Below, one piece after another: positions 1-10,785 of a stretch of DNA of 33,365 nt. The notes below the pieces were generated by a model. The model did no database searches, was not told where the DNA came from, and saw nothing but the letters and a program-made list of their open reading frames with translations. Each line of letters opens with the position of its first letter. The stretch's first letter is position 1. The translations under genes were made by a program, and so were the position numbers. The stretch is from Octopus bimaculoides (taxonomy: Eukaryota), in contig NC_068991.1 in the NCBI RefSeq assembly GCF_001194135.2, forward strand, positions 59,889,114 to 59,922,478. Direction: 5' to 3'.

Positions 1-385
1 ATATATGTATATGTATATATATATGTGTGTTTATATATGTATATATGTGCGTATATATGTATGTGTGTATATGTATATATGTGTGTGTATAATGTATATG
101 TGTATATGTACATATATGTATATATATGTATATATATGCATATATGTATGTATATGTATATATGTATGTATATGTATATATGTATGTATATGTATATATG
201 TATGTATATGTATATATATGTATATATGTATGTATATGTATATATATGTATATATGTATGTATATGTATGTATATGTGTATATATCTATATATATGTATG
301 TTTATATCATATAGATATACATACATATATGCATATGAACATACACACACATATATATATATATATATACATACACACATATGTA
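1..385. repeat. Compound (TA)/(TG) low-complexity microsatellite
   Basis: Continuous atatatgtat/gtgtgt repeats; explains the M/Y/I/C/V-rich ORFs at 5-439, 25-396 and 126-314. Confidence 0.97.
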
Positions 386-487
386 TTGGATGTTAGCATC
401 AAAGTCAAAGGTTTACTAATGGGGACAGCAATTCTATAGGCTGGATGAACAAAGAAAAGTGCTCCATCCAGGGAAAGGTAAATATCA

Positions 488-529
488 TTTCCATGCCAGC
501 ATGGAAAACAGATGTTAAATGATGACGAT
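488..529 (+). mobile_element. RTE-type 3' tail fragment
   Basis: ccatgccagcatggaaaacagatgttaaatgatgacgat matches the reverse complement of the RTE tail at 17769-17815. Confidence 0.6.
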
Positions 530-627
530 TGTGAACTAAGCCTGAAAGATTGCTTGGAGATACTTTGCATGTTATATGCAACTGCCAATGAAACTATTAG
601 TAGCTCTTGAAATTCTGTATATTGAAT

Positions 628-836
628 GTGCGTGTGTGTTTGTTCTTCCCACTGCTTGATAACTAGTGTTAGTTTAAGTCCCTATAACTTAGTGTTTCAG
701 CAAAAGAGACCAATAGAATAAGTAGAAGACTTTAAAATAAGTACTGGTGATCAATTTGTTTGGTTAAACCCTTCAATGCGGTGTCCCCCCCCCCCACCAT
801 AGCTGCAGTCCATTGACTGAAATAAGTAAAAGAAAA
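628..836 (+). mobile_element. SINE family 1 (tRNA/CORE-like, OR-type), 3' half
   Basis: cagcaaaagagaccaatagaataagta...gctgcagtccattgactgaaataagtaaaaga matches the 3' halves of other copies, e.g. 29100-29280. Confidence 0.8.
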
Positions 837-865
837 AAGATATAAATATAAAACTTTAAAAAAAG

Positions 866-1190
866 AACAAGAACACCCAGAGAGCACAAACCTCCGCCAA
901 GACAACAACGTCCTCTCAACGATTAGCCAGAGATGATTTTTAAAATGAGAATATCTGAAATCAACTCAACTGCTCTCACAAACGAGAATACTAAAAGTGA
1001 ACCCGAGTGCTCTCAAAAATTAAGTAAAAAAACTGGAAAAATAATCCAGAATCCTTGTCATGAAGCCAAACATCCTTGAAAGTTTCATCCGAATCCATCC
1101 ATCAGTTCTTGAAATATCTTGTCCATGGACAAACAAACAAACAAAGACAACTGAAAACAATACTTCTACCTTCGCTAAGGGGGAGGTCAA
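866..1190. mobile_element. Non-autonomous Helentron/HINE (DINE-1-like) element
   Basis: Subterminal motif acctccgccaag (890-901); terminal hairpin accttcgctaagggggaggt (1168-1187) whose right arm is an imperfect inverted copy of it; internal (AAAC)n at ~1129-1145; A-run flanks. Confidence 0.5.
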
Positions 1191-2041
1191 TATAAGATTT
1201 AAAAAAAAAAAAAAAAATTATTCATGTTAAAAAGGAACATTTAGTATAATAAAAATGACAACTGGTCAAATTGATAGTAGCTGTTGTTGTTGGCCCTTGG
1301 CATTTAACTTCAAATTGATTCAATCCAAGTATTTGTAAATCAGTATCGTAGTTGACCACATAGATGTATGCAAATGGTTGGAGTATTGTATAATCAAGTA
1401 TTAGTTTAGCTTGTAAGTGTTCAGTTGGGATTCTTCTATGAGTATCATTTGAAGAGTAATGGACTACAGAAGTCTGACAAGTACTTAATAATATTTCATT
1501 TTTGTATTTGGTTTGCAAAATTTTTGATGTGAACTTGTGGTGGAACACATTTTGTTGTGTCTTGGGATGGTCATTATGCCAATAATAAACATATGCATTG
1601 TTTCTATTTCATTTCTTTATTTTCATTAGTGAATTGCTTAATCATTTAACAAATCGAGTGTTTGATTAATCATTTGGTAGAGTAATCAACCAGCTAGGTT
1701 TGTTGATTGATTGAATGGTTAATTAATTAATCAATTAATCAAATTGGTTAAATGCTTAGCCAATTGACTTTTAGAATAAAAAAGTGAAATAGAACCAGTA
1801 TGTGTTTATTATTGGCATAATGACCCTCCCAAGATATAACAAAATACCAAATAATACATGACATAATTCTGGTCTCTTCACCCAATGAGGTTTTGAGTTG
1901 GAATTAAAAAGATAAACTAAAAGAGAGAAAAAATAGTTTTCCATAGAGATACTACAAAGATAAAACACAAAATATTGATGGTCAAAGATGAAGGTTATAA
2001 CCCCATCTCCTGCTTCTTTTAGATATTTTAATTCAATGAGG

Positions 2042-2072
<31 letters not shown>

Positions 2073-2285
2073 TTTTTTTTTTTTGTAAGTGTACTTTTCT
2101 AATGTTGATAGACCAGTATAACAGATCAATAATAATTGGAGCATGAGCATTTTTTTCTCTCTTGATATCTTGCACAGTTTGTGAGATTTTGAAGTCGTTA
2201 AGTTTTTAGTCAGATAACCCTAGAAGTATCAGTCCTCCCCACCACCAAAGCTTAGAATTTTAATATTTTATTTGGTATTTGTTAT

Positions 2286-2391
2286 CTTTTACTTGTTCCC
2301 CTCACTGGATTATAGCGAGACAGGGGTACTGTCCCGAAAAGTTTACTTGATCAAATTAACCCCAGTACTGCTATGTTATAGGGGGACATAA
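2286..2391 (-). mobile_element. SINE family 1, degenerate 3' end fragment
   Basis: tcttttacttgtt...cccagtact...gggggacataa resembles the family-1 tail; abuts the gap. Confidence 0.5.
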
Positions 2392-2937
2392 NNNNNNNNN
2401 NNNNNNNNNNNNNNNNNNNNNNNNNNNNNNNNNNNNNNNNNNNNNNNNNNNNNNNNNNNNNNNNNNNNNNNNNNNNNNNNNNNNNNNNNNNNNNNNNNNN
2501 NNNNNNNNNNNNNNNNNNNNNNNNNNNNNNNNNNNNNNNNNNNNNNNNNNNNNNNNNNNNNNNNNNNNNNNNNNNNNNNNNNNNNNNNNNNNNNNNNNNN
2601 NNNNNNNNNNNNNNNNNNNNNNNNNNNNNNNNNNNNNNNNNNNNNNNNNNNNNNNNNNNNNNNNNNNNNNNNNNNNNNNNNNNNNNNNNNNNNNNNNNNN
2701 NNNNNNNNNNNNNNNNNNNNNNNNNNNNNNNNNNNNNNNNNNNNNNNNNNNNNNNNNNNNNNNNNNNNNNNNNNNNNNNNNNNNNNNNNNNNNNNNNNNN
2801 NNNNNNNNNNNNNNNNNNNNNNNNNNNNNNNNNNNNNNNNNNNNNNNNNNNNNNNNNNNNNNNNNNNNNNNNNNNNNNNNNNNNNNNNNNNNNNNNNNNN
2901 NNNNNNNNNNNNNNNNNNNNNNNNNNNNNNNNNNNNN
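2392..2937. other. Assembly gap (N)
   Basis: N run. Confidence 1.
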
Positions 2938-3218
2938 TCTTTTGCTGAACCGCTAAGTTACGGGGACATAAACACACCAGCATCGGTTGTCAAGCGATAT
3001 TGGGGGGACAAACACAGACACACAAACACATACATATATATATATACATATATATGACGGGCTTCTTTCAGTTTCCGTCTACCAAATCCACTCACAAGGC
3101 TTTGGTCGACCCGAGGCTATAGTAGAAGACACTTGCCCAAGATGCCATGCAGTGGGACTGAACCCGGGACCATGTGGTTGGTAAGCAAGCTACTTACCAC
3201 ACAGCCACTCCTACGCCT
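2938..3218 (-). mobile_element. SINE family 1, young copy (head, CORE-like region, TA/CA linker)
   Basis: Minus strand reads aggcgtaggagtggctgtgtggtaag (A-box-like), ggttcagtccc (B-box-like, 3154-3164), cttgggcaagtgtcttc (CORE-like); CpGs retained. Confidence 0.9.
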
Positions 3219-3244
3219 ATTGTAGCCACTCCTATTGTAGAAAA

Positions 3245-3335
3245 TATTTTTCCAAGGTGCCACTCAGTGGGACTGAACTCAAGACCACATGATTGGGAAG
3301 CAAGCTTCATAACCACAGAGCCATACCTGCACCTA
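3245..3335 (-). mobile_element. SINE family 1 head fragment
   Basis: ccaaggtgccactcagtgggactgaac...ccacagagccatacctgcacc. Confidence 0.75.
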
Positions 3336-3559
3336 CAAACCAAGGCCTGTACCTATGAACCATGTTTGCACCTTTAAAACTTATTGGAGTTTTTTTTTTT
3401 TTTTTCATAATGTCACAATTTTTCATTTTTCTGCTCATTTATTCTTACATTTACTTTTGTCATGACCAGTCATCGTTACCACTCCTTTCCTTTCCCATAT
3501 AGCTAAAATTGATAATCACTATATAATTAATTACTAATATAATTATTTCATATGATTTT

Positions 3560-3772
3560 AAGGTGGGAAACTGGATGAATTGTTATTGCACTCAGCAACA
3601 ATTTTTTCAGCCTCATTACATTCCCAGTTCAAATTCCACCACATTTAACTTTGCCTTTCATCTTTTAGGGTTTGATAAAATAAGTACCAATTGAGCACTG
3701 AGGCTGATGTAATCAACTTCCCTTATCCTTGAAATTGCTGGCCTTGTGCCAAAATTCAAAAGAATTATTATT
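3560..3772 (+). mobile_element. SINE family 2 (tRNA-derived, (ATT)n tail)
   Basis: cagttcaaattcc B-box-like motif, gataaaataagtacca core, ggccttgtgcc...gaattattatt tail. Confidence 0.75.
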
Positions 3773-4423
3773 TTCTATGAATTTGTAACATTTTTTTTTT
3801 TTACTGTCAGTTTACTCCATTAAAATTGTAAAAGTTCAAAATGAATCAACCAATGTTACATATGAACCTGTTGTGTTTAGTCTTCTCTTTTGAACTAGAA
3901 ACTCAAAGATACAAAAAGAAAAAGAAAACTAAATCAATGGCTTTTTGTCTTGTTGGCAATCTATACTGGCATTGTGATAAAGCAAGCAGCCTTATTTTCT
4001 GTTGGACATCGAAACAGTACAAAGAAAACGTTGATAGTGTGTCTATTGATGTCTATTGTTAGGATGGGTGAGGAGGTTATGAGTTCAATATTAAGTGAAT
4101 GGCAAATGAATGAGATTACGATCAACACACTGTTCTGATTGTACACAATTATAATTTTAGTTGTTTAGAGACAATAAGCTTTCACAAGTAGAACAGTAAG
4201 TGGTTGCATACCAAGACCTCTCTTATTATATTTGGTAATTTCTTATTGTGAAGATTCTGTCTATAGAATCAGTTTAGCCTCACTGTCTGTAAGTAGTAAA
4301 ATCTGTTGAATTTGATAAAGTTGTTCTTAATTAATAGATGCTCCTTTTTCTCTCTCCGCACACACACACACTGAATATTATAATTACATATCAATTGTCC
4401 TTACAAATGTGTGTGTGTATTTA

Positions 4424-5249
4424 CACAGGGTGTGATGGGTAAATTGTCGCCATTTTATATTTTTAATTTCGTGCATGCGCATTGTTTGTTTTTGATTTTG
4501 TCAACTACACAGTATAGTAGGGTCAGTTGGGCACTTGTGAGAAAAACATTACCATGACACAGTTCACTCTGCCAGACATTTGGAAACATGCTGTACTACC
4601 TGGCATTTGCACTGGAAGCTCCAATACGAACATTTCAGAGTGTTTGAGTGTCAATATGAGGACATGTGCCAAGAGTTTTAAAAATCAAACATCCAATCAA
4701 CATCATTGTGTTTGGAGCGATCAATAGTGATAGCGACGTTATACCTCCATTCATCTTCCCACTCGGCCTCAAACTCAGCATGGAAGCCTACATCAAGTGC
4801 TTGGAAGAGGTGGTGCTGCCCTGGGTCAAGAGGGTTACTGCTGGAAGACCCTATGTCTGGCAACAGGACTCTGCACCATGCCACACAAGCAGAACCCAGT
4901 CATGGCTGTCAGACAATTTCTGTGACCACATCACCCATAACATTTGGCCACCTGACCCCCCCCTGACTGCCTCATTGATTATTATATGTGGGTTGCCATT
5001 GAGTAAGAGATTAACAAAACCCCTTGTAACCAAAGATGAACTGAAGGCAAGGATTATGGCAACATACACCAACTTAAAGAGACTGTCCAGAAGAGTTGCA
5101 AGAGATTATGAAGTCTGGATGCTATGGTTGAAGCCAATGGCAATTTTATTGAATAAATTTACTCTTTAGTACATGATATTTTTATGTAATGTCAGAGTTA
5201 TTTTCATTTTTGCATAATTTAGACAACAATTTATTCACTTCACTCTGTG
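4424..5249 (+). mobile_element. Tc1/mariner transposon, maT/DD37D-like, internally deleted
   Basis: TA on both sides (4422-23, 5250-51); imperfect ~28 bp TIRs cacagggtgtgatgggtaaattgtcgcc / revcomp cacagagtgaagtgaataaattgttgtc; transposase motifs inside. Confidence 0.9.
4554..5156 (+). pseudogene. Tc1/mariner transposase relic
   Basis: N-terminal MTQFTLPDIWKHAVL.. joined near 4665 to the catalytic region ..YVWQQDSAPCHTSR.. (D at 4867) and WPP; frameshift in poly-C 4956-4963, then PDCLIDYYMW, later ..EANGNFIE*; first catalytic D region absent. Confidence 0.88.
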
Positions 5250-5273
5250 TATATTCTTTTTTTTTTGTTTTGT

Positions 5274-5560
5274 CTTTTACTTGTTTCAGTTATTTGACTG
5301 TGGCCAAGCTGGAGCACTGCCTTTAGTCAAACAAATTAATCCCAGGACTTATTCTTTGAAAACTTAGTACTTATTCTATAGGTCTTTTTTGCCGAACCAC
5401 TAAGTTATGAAGACATAAACACACCAACATTAGTTGTCAAGTGATGGTGGGGGGACAAACACACACACACACGCACACATACACACACATATACAACGTG
5501 CTTCTTTCAGTCTCCGTCCACCAAATCCACTCACTAGGCTTTGGTTGGCCCAAGGCTATG
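5274..5560 (-). mobile_element. SINE family 1, 5'-truncated copy
   Basis: tcttttacttgtttcag tail through caaatccactcactaggctttgg. Confidence 0.85.
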
Positions 5561-5630
5561 ATAGTTTTCCAACAGCCAGATGGTCTTTTGTGATTTTGAG
5601 TGTTTGTATATATAGTGGCCCCTCCATCTA

Positions 5631-6020
5631 GAAATCATCATCATTTTAACACACTTTTCTATGCTTGTATGGGTTAAATAGAGGCAGATTTTTCTACGAC
5701 TGGATGATCTTCCTGTTGCCATCCCTCACTTGTTTCCAAGCAAGGTAATATTTTCCGTTGGCCAGACATGTTACTGCAGAATATTGGAAATGAATGACAG
5801 TGACACTCATTTACAACTATCACGTGATGACAAGACAAAGAGAGACACATACACACACATGACAAGCTTCTTTCTGCTTCTGTCTACCAAATCTACTCAC
5901 AAGGCTTTGGTTATTTTCGAGCTATAGAATAAGACACCTGCCCAAGGTGCCATGCAGTAGGACTGAACCTGAAACTGTGTGGTTGGGAAGCAAACTTCTT
6001 ACCCACACAGCCATGCCTAT
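5631..6020 (-). mobile_element. Composite SINE: family-1 tRNA/CORE head, different body, RTE-type (GAT)n tail
   Basis: Head at 5850-6020 matches family 1; 5632-5725 (catcatcattttaac..ttttctatgcttgtatggg..tttctacgactggatgatcttcctgttgcca) matches the RTE tail at 17769-17915. Confidence 0.7.
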
Positions 6021-6388
6021 ACCAATCTCATCATTATTCTTATAGGGGTCACTTGTTATCTTTTTTAGCAATTATCTTTCTTGCTGGCATGTGTTGGACC
6101 CTTGTAAGCAGTAAAGGGTTAAAGATTTTCAAGGTTGGATTTGAACTGGAAACCCCTTTTTCTAATCTTAATTAGTTGCTTATTTACTGAGCCATTGTAA
6201 CTGAATGTTTGTTTACTTATTTCCTTGCATAAAAATCTCCATCACATATTTCATTGTCTTTATGATTTAGATTTCAGTTTTGTCATTCTTTCCAGCAATG
6301 CTTTTGAATAATTTTTTTCCCCTTGCTTTTGCAACTTTGTTTCTCAGTTTCATTCATAGAAATGAGCAAATTCTAACCTTCAACCTAG

Positions 6389-6493
6389 TTTTAGACCAGG
6401 TTATAAGAACTATAGAAAATCAATATCCATTGGTAGAAATAGTCCCACTTTTAACAACTACTATGAACAAATACTGGATAGACTTGCTTTGAT
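6389..6493 (+). CDS. Candidate internal exon, unknown protein
   Basis: ttctaac..ctag acceptor (alternative AG at 6393-94), at|gtaaga donor, 105 nt, phase 2-2, open: FRPGYKNYRKSISIGRNSPTFNNYYEQILDRLAL; A-rich against T-rich flanks; no family recognised. Confidence 0.4.
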
Positions 6494-6907
6494 GTAAGAA
6501 TCAAAAAGACAGCTTTATGCTTGAGAAATGTTTTCCTCACATCAACACATTGGTGTTTCTTTGTTTCTAATTGCTAATGTTACAGAAAAAACAAAAAACA
6601 AAAAAAGAAAACTTGTTACATGTCTTCCAATCTTGATTTTCATAACACATTTTTCCAAATGTTCTAAATATATGTAAGAACCTCATTTCACTGTTTATTT
6701 TCTTAACCTTTCTTGCTTTTATTTGCTGTTTCTTTAGTTTTGTAACACAATAAGGTTTTTCAAAGCTATGGATTCGTCTGTTGATGTAGTTTTGTCATTT
6801 GTTCAGCATTATTTAGTCCTCCTACTCTGTCAAAATGTTTTGAATATTTATGGTATTCCAACACCCATATAAAATTAAACATTTTCTCTGTCATATTCTT
6901 TCTAATT

Positions 6908-7773
6908 TTGGTACAAGATCAGGAATTTTGAAAGGTGGATGAAGTTGATTACATCAAACCCAATACTCAACTGGTACTTATTTATTTTACTAACCCTGGA
7001 AGGATGAAAGGCAAAGTTGACTTCGGCAGAATTTGAACTCAGAATGTAAAGACAGATGAGATATTGTTAAGCATTTTATCTGGCATGCTAATGATTCTGC
7101 TAATTTGCTGTCTTAATAATAATAATAATCCTTTCTACTATAGGCACAAGGCCTGGAATTTGTGGGAAGGCGGGATAGTCAATTACATTGACCCCAGTAC
7201 TTGACTGGTACTTAATTTATCGACCCCGCAAGGATGAAAAGCAAAGTCAACTTCAGCGGAATTTGAACTCTGAATGTAAAGACGGATGAAATACTACTAA
7301 GCATTTCACCTGGTGTGCCAACGATTCTACCAGCTTACTGCCTTCATAATAATAATAATAATAATCCTTTCTACTATAGGCACAAGGCCTGAGATTTGGC
7401 GGGAGGGGACTAGTCGATTACATTGATCCCAGTACTTGACTGGTACTCTATTTTATCAGCCCCCTGAAGAATGAATGGTAAAATTAATCAAGGCAACATT
7501 TGAACTTAGAACATAAAGCAAGAACAAACGCCGCCATGCATTTTGTCTGACCCTGTTAGTTCGCTGCCCCAATAATAATAATAATAATAATATTTTTACA
7601 CAAGGCCAGCATCTTTTATTGAATTGGGGTGGCGGTAGGGGAGTCAACTACATTGAATTCAGTGCTGAACTGCTACTTATTTTACTGACCCAGGAAGGAT
7701 GAAAGGTAAAATAGATTTTGGCAGCAGTTGAACTCGGGCTGTAAAGAGCACTAACCATTCTGCGAGCTTACTG
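6908..7773 (-). mobile_element. Head-to-tail array of four family-2 SINEs separated by (AAT)n
   Basis: Copies ~6908-7114, 7130-7344, 7366-7570, 7593-7773; spacers (aat)n at 7115-7129, 7346-7365, 7571-7592. Confidence 0.9.
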
Positions 7774-7998
7774 ATTTCATTTTTTCTGTCATACTTAATC
7801 ATGCTAATGTCCTTCTGATATTAAATTTGAAATCTATATTCTCTAATTTACAATATATTATCTCATTTCTCACTGACCCCTCATTTGGTATGTAATAACT
7901 AACTTAACCCCAGTGTTTCAACTTAAATAGTTCAGACCTTTCAAAATTTTCATTGACATTAATATATAAGTATTTCCTGGCCGATGCACCAAAGAAAA

Positions 7999-8215
7999 AA
8001 AGGCAGTGAGCTGACAGAATTGTTAGCACATCAAGCAAATTGCTTAACAGCATTTCATCCATCTTTGCATTCTAAGTTCAAATTCTATTGATGTTGACTT
8101 TGCTTTTTACCCTTTCGAGGTTGATAAAATAAGTGCCACTTAAGTACTGGGGTCGATGTAATTGACTTACCTCTGTCCCCTAAATTGCTGGCCTTATGCC
8201 AAAATTTGAAACCAA
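7999..8215 (+). mobile_element. SINE family 2
   Basis: aaggcagtgagctgacagaattgttagc head, aagttcaaattc, ctggggtcgatgtaattgact, ggccttatgcc. Confidence 0.85.
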
Positions 8216-8304
8216 TATAAGTACTGTCTTGAATCTGAAGACTCAAAGGGTTTGTTACCCTGTTACATTTTCCCTAAACAAGATGCCAATTTGTCACTTG
8301 GTTT

Positions 8305-8445
8305 TTCATTTACAAGTGAGTGGGTTGGAGCAATGTAAAATGAAGTGTTTTGCTAAATAACAAAGGCATCACTCAGCCCAGTAATTGAAACCACAATCTT
8401 GTGATTATGAGAGCAACACCCTAACTACTAGGCCACATGCATTCA
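8305..8445 (-). mobile_element. SINE family 3 (tRNA-derived head plus CORE-like segment)
   Basis: Minus strand gtggcctagtagttagggtgttg..ggtttcaatt..ttagcaaaacacttcattttacattgctcca; homologous to 19555-19695. Confidence 0.65.
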
Positions 8446-8473
8446 TGACATAATATAAATATACAAATATTAA

Positions 8474-8695
8474 CCCTTTAGCATTCAGATTATTTTGTCA
8501 AATGTAATGCTATTTTTTTTTCACATTGTTTTGAATTAATCATGCATTATCTCATAGCTTTGAAATTTTGATGATGTGATGGTTTGTTTTTGGAATGACA
8601 TTGTAGAGTATGTGTAAGAAATTGGATTTGATCAGTTTGAGCATAAAACAGGTAGAATATTTGGGCTGGATATGGCCAGTTTAAATGTTAAAGGG
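8474..8695 (+). mobile_element. piggyBac-like MITE, family A
   Basis: TTAA at 8470-73 and 8696-99; TIR ccctttagcatt / aatgttaaaggg (11/12). Confidence 0.85.
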
Positions 8696-8714
8696 TTAAA
8701 TCATGCTTCTCCAG

Positions 8715-8801
8715 ATCCTCGCTATTTTTTTCATGGCTAACTCAATTGAACAACATTGAGCAAAATTCCTTGGCACTATTTTCCTCCTTTGACTCCATCT
8801 G
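8715..8801 (+). CDS. Candidate internal exon, unknown protein
   Basis: cttctccag acceptor, tg|gtaaga donor, 87 nt; only the phase-2 frame is open: SSLFFSWLTQLNNIEQNSLALFSSFDSI; phase-compatible with 6389-6493. Confidence 0.3.
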
Positions 8802-9154
8802 GTAAGAGCATATCAACTTAGTAGCTAAAGGTGTATTCCTAGAAATTGATTTTCATTTTTTAGATCATGCTATTGATTCAGTCTCAACTATACACAAAAT
8901 CCTAAGTTAGGTTACTAATGCAATACTCTTCAGGCGTTTTTAGTTTTGTTGAAAAATACTGGACAAAATCCAAGTGAATGTTGCCTGCATGATGGTAACA
9001 TTAGCTTCTTTAATAACTTCAGGCTGTAACATCTATCCTACATAGAATTTCTTCTACTACTGTTAAAATAGCGAATACTTTGAAAAATTCCAACTTTGTG
9101 TCATAGTGGCCGACCAATCTTCATTTGTAACACTTGTAAACTACTGCCTATCAT

Positions 9155-9330
9155 ATCTCCCATTTCTGGAAGGTCGAGTGACTTGCTAGAAATAGTAGTC
9201 AATTCTTCAAATCACACTCTCTTGTCTTCTAAAAGCATGGATACATGATATGGGATCCTTATACACTGTGTCCAAAAAAAAAATGCAATAAATAAGACAG
9301 GATAGTCATAACTGAAACACCTTAATTTAT
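9155..9330 (-). repeat. Unclassified interspersed repeat, family 4
   Basis: cttgctagaaatagtagtc..ttcaaatcacac is the reverse complement of the gtgattt..gagatttggctattatttctagc motif at 20555-20590 and 32435-32462. Confidence 0.55.
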
Positions 9331-9532
9331 TTATCTCAGCATTATTATTGTTTAAAGGAGACTAACATGTTTAAGCATTTTATTACATGGTGATTTTAAT
9401 AAATTACTTCTTGTGTTTTTTATCCTAGTTGCTAAGGACTGTTTCCATCCTACACTGTGATTTAAAGAGAAATCTGTTATCTCTTGTTTAAATATTATGA
9501 ATAGGTTTTTCATCTATTTCAAATCACTGCAA

Positions 9533-9536
<4 letters not shown>

Positions 9537-9564
<28 letters not shown>
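9537..9564. repeat. (TG)n microsatellite
   Basis: Direct reading. Confidence 0.95.
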
Positions 9565-9567
<3 letters not shown>

Positions 9568-10207
9568 CAAAATTCTCAGAAATGAAGGAGAGAAGCCTTA
9601 TCATCAAATAAATGAATAAACTCTAGATGACATGTATTGTGAACTTTGTAAATTCTTACTCATATGATGTGTGTGTGTGTATATTATATATATATATATA
9701 TAAACTCGGAATAGCAATGGTGGGAAAAGGATGGAGATATACAGTGTGTGTGTGTATCATCACACACATACATACACATATATAAAATAATGTTTTGTAT
9801 GTTTATATGTATATATGTGTGTGTATGTACAAAAATTTATTCATAGAATCTCATTTTTATTCATTGATTAATATTAGCATACTTGTTTAACAATTGTGCA
9901 CTTCATAAAATATTTAAACAACAAATTATATAGGCTCTGTGGCAAGGCTAGTGATTATAATTTAATAATTAATACCTAATAGACTTTTAGGTCAATTAGT
10001 AATTTTATATTTCATAAGTAAAAAAAGAAAAAAACAAACAACTTGTAAATTTTTTACTTTTGGATCTTACAAATAATTCTATTAGAATTCTATGAATAAT
10101 TTAATGGCAGTTAATTACTTAAATTTATCAACTGTTTAATTAGAAAAATAATGTTACTGGCTCCACATAAATTAACCCTTCTTATTCCTCTCAAGGTTCA
10201 CTATTAC

Positions 10208-10233
10208 CTGGAGATATTTCCAGACACAGTTGT
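10208..10233 (-). CDS. Candidate micro-exon (minus strand)
   Basis: gatatttcag| 26 nt |gtaata; phase 1-0 reading (D)NCVWKYLQ. Confidence 0.25.
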
Positions 10234-10443
10234 CTGAAATATCAACTTAGTAGCAGCTCTAGTTTATTATCAATATTCTTTAGCCATTTTCAGATTCCAT
10301 TAACTGTATTATACTGACAGAAAGAGAGAGAGGCAAGCAGCCGTTTTTTTCCTGGTTTGTGTATTTTGGTCATCTTAATCTTTCCTTTCTCTTCTGCTAT
10401 ACTGCACAATAGTGTGACTACAGCTAGTATCCTGGCCTTATGT

Positions 10444-10473
10444 GACACACTCACACTCACACACGCACGCACG

Positions 10474-10509
<36 letters not shown>
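10444..10509. repeat. (CA)n compound microsatellite
   Basis: Direct reading. Confidence 0.95.
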
Positions 10510-10513
<4 letters not shown>

Positions 10514-10704
10514 GCTGACACAATCTCATTGATTATATTTGTTTTTAGAATTGGTGTAGCTAAAGCAATCTAGGAACTCAGATATGATACCAGAGAAAGA
10601 AAATCAATTTTGCCATGCAGTTTCTGCTAGTCAGGAATGCGGGTGCTAATGATGTGGCTATTTGATTGGCAGGGCCAGTGTTTTGTATCTTCTTCATCCT
10701 CTAG

Positions 10705-10785
10705 GCTGTCAACACTGACCCTAATAACCTGGCTGTAGTTGAAGATGGAACAGCTCTGCACTCCTTCCTACATTGGCTGTGCTGA
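10705..10785 (+). CDS. Candidate terminal coding exon, unknown protein
   Basis: ttttgtatcttcttcatcctctag acceptor; phase 0 reads AVNTDPNNLAVVEDGTALHSFLHWLC*; AATAAA at 10814-10819; locally GC-richer than flanks. Confidence 0.35.
   Translation, partial: AVNTDPNNLAVVEDGTALHSFLHWLC

Noticed and set aside
5-588. ORFs of 62-144 aa at the window start
   Set aside because: Translations of (TA/TG)n microsatellite
2351-2983. Long ORFs containing X runs (also 15312-16102, 23809-24118, 30911-31387)
   Set aside because: Artefacts of N gaps and simple repeats
3130-3218. tRNA-like A/B boxes (also 24037-24125 and other SINE heads)
   Set aside because: They continue into SINE bodies; no complete cloverleaf, so not tRNA genes
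3841-4138. Overlapping ORFs and a possible exon 3899-4072
   Set aside because: Two different frames are equally open, no recognisable motif, cannot be told from chance
6908-7773. CRISPR-like alternation of repeats and spacers
   Set aside because: The units are ~200-bp SINEs joined by microsatellite; eukaryotic context, no cas genes
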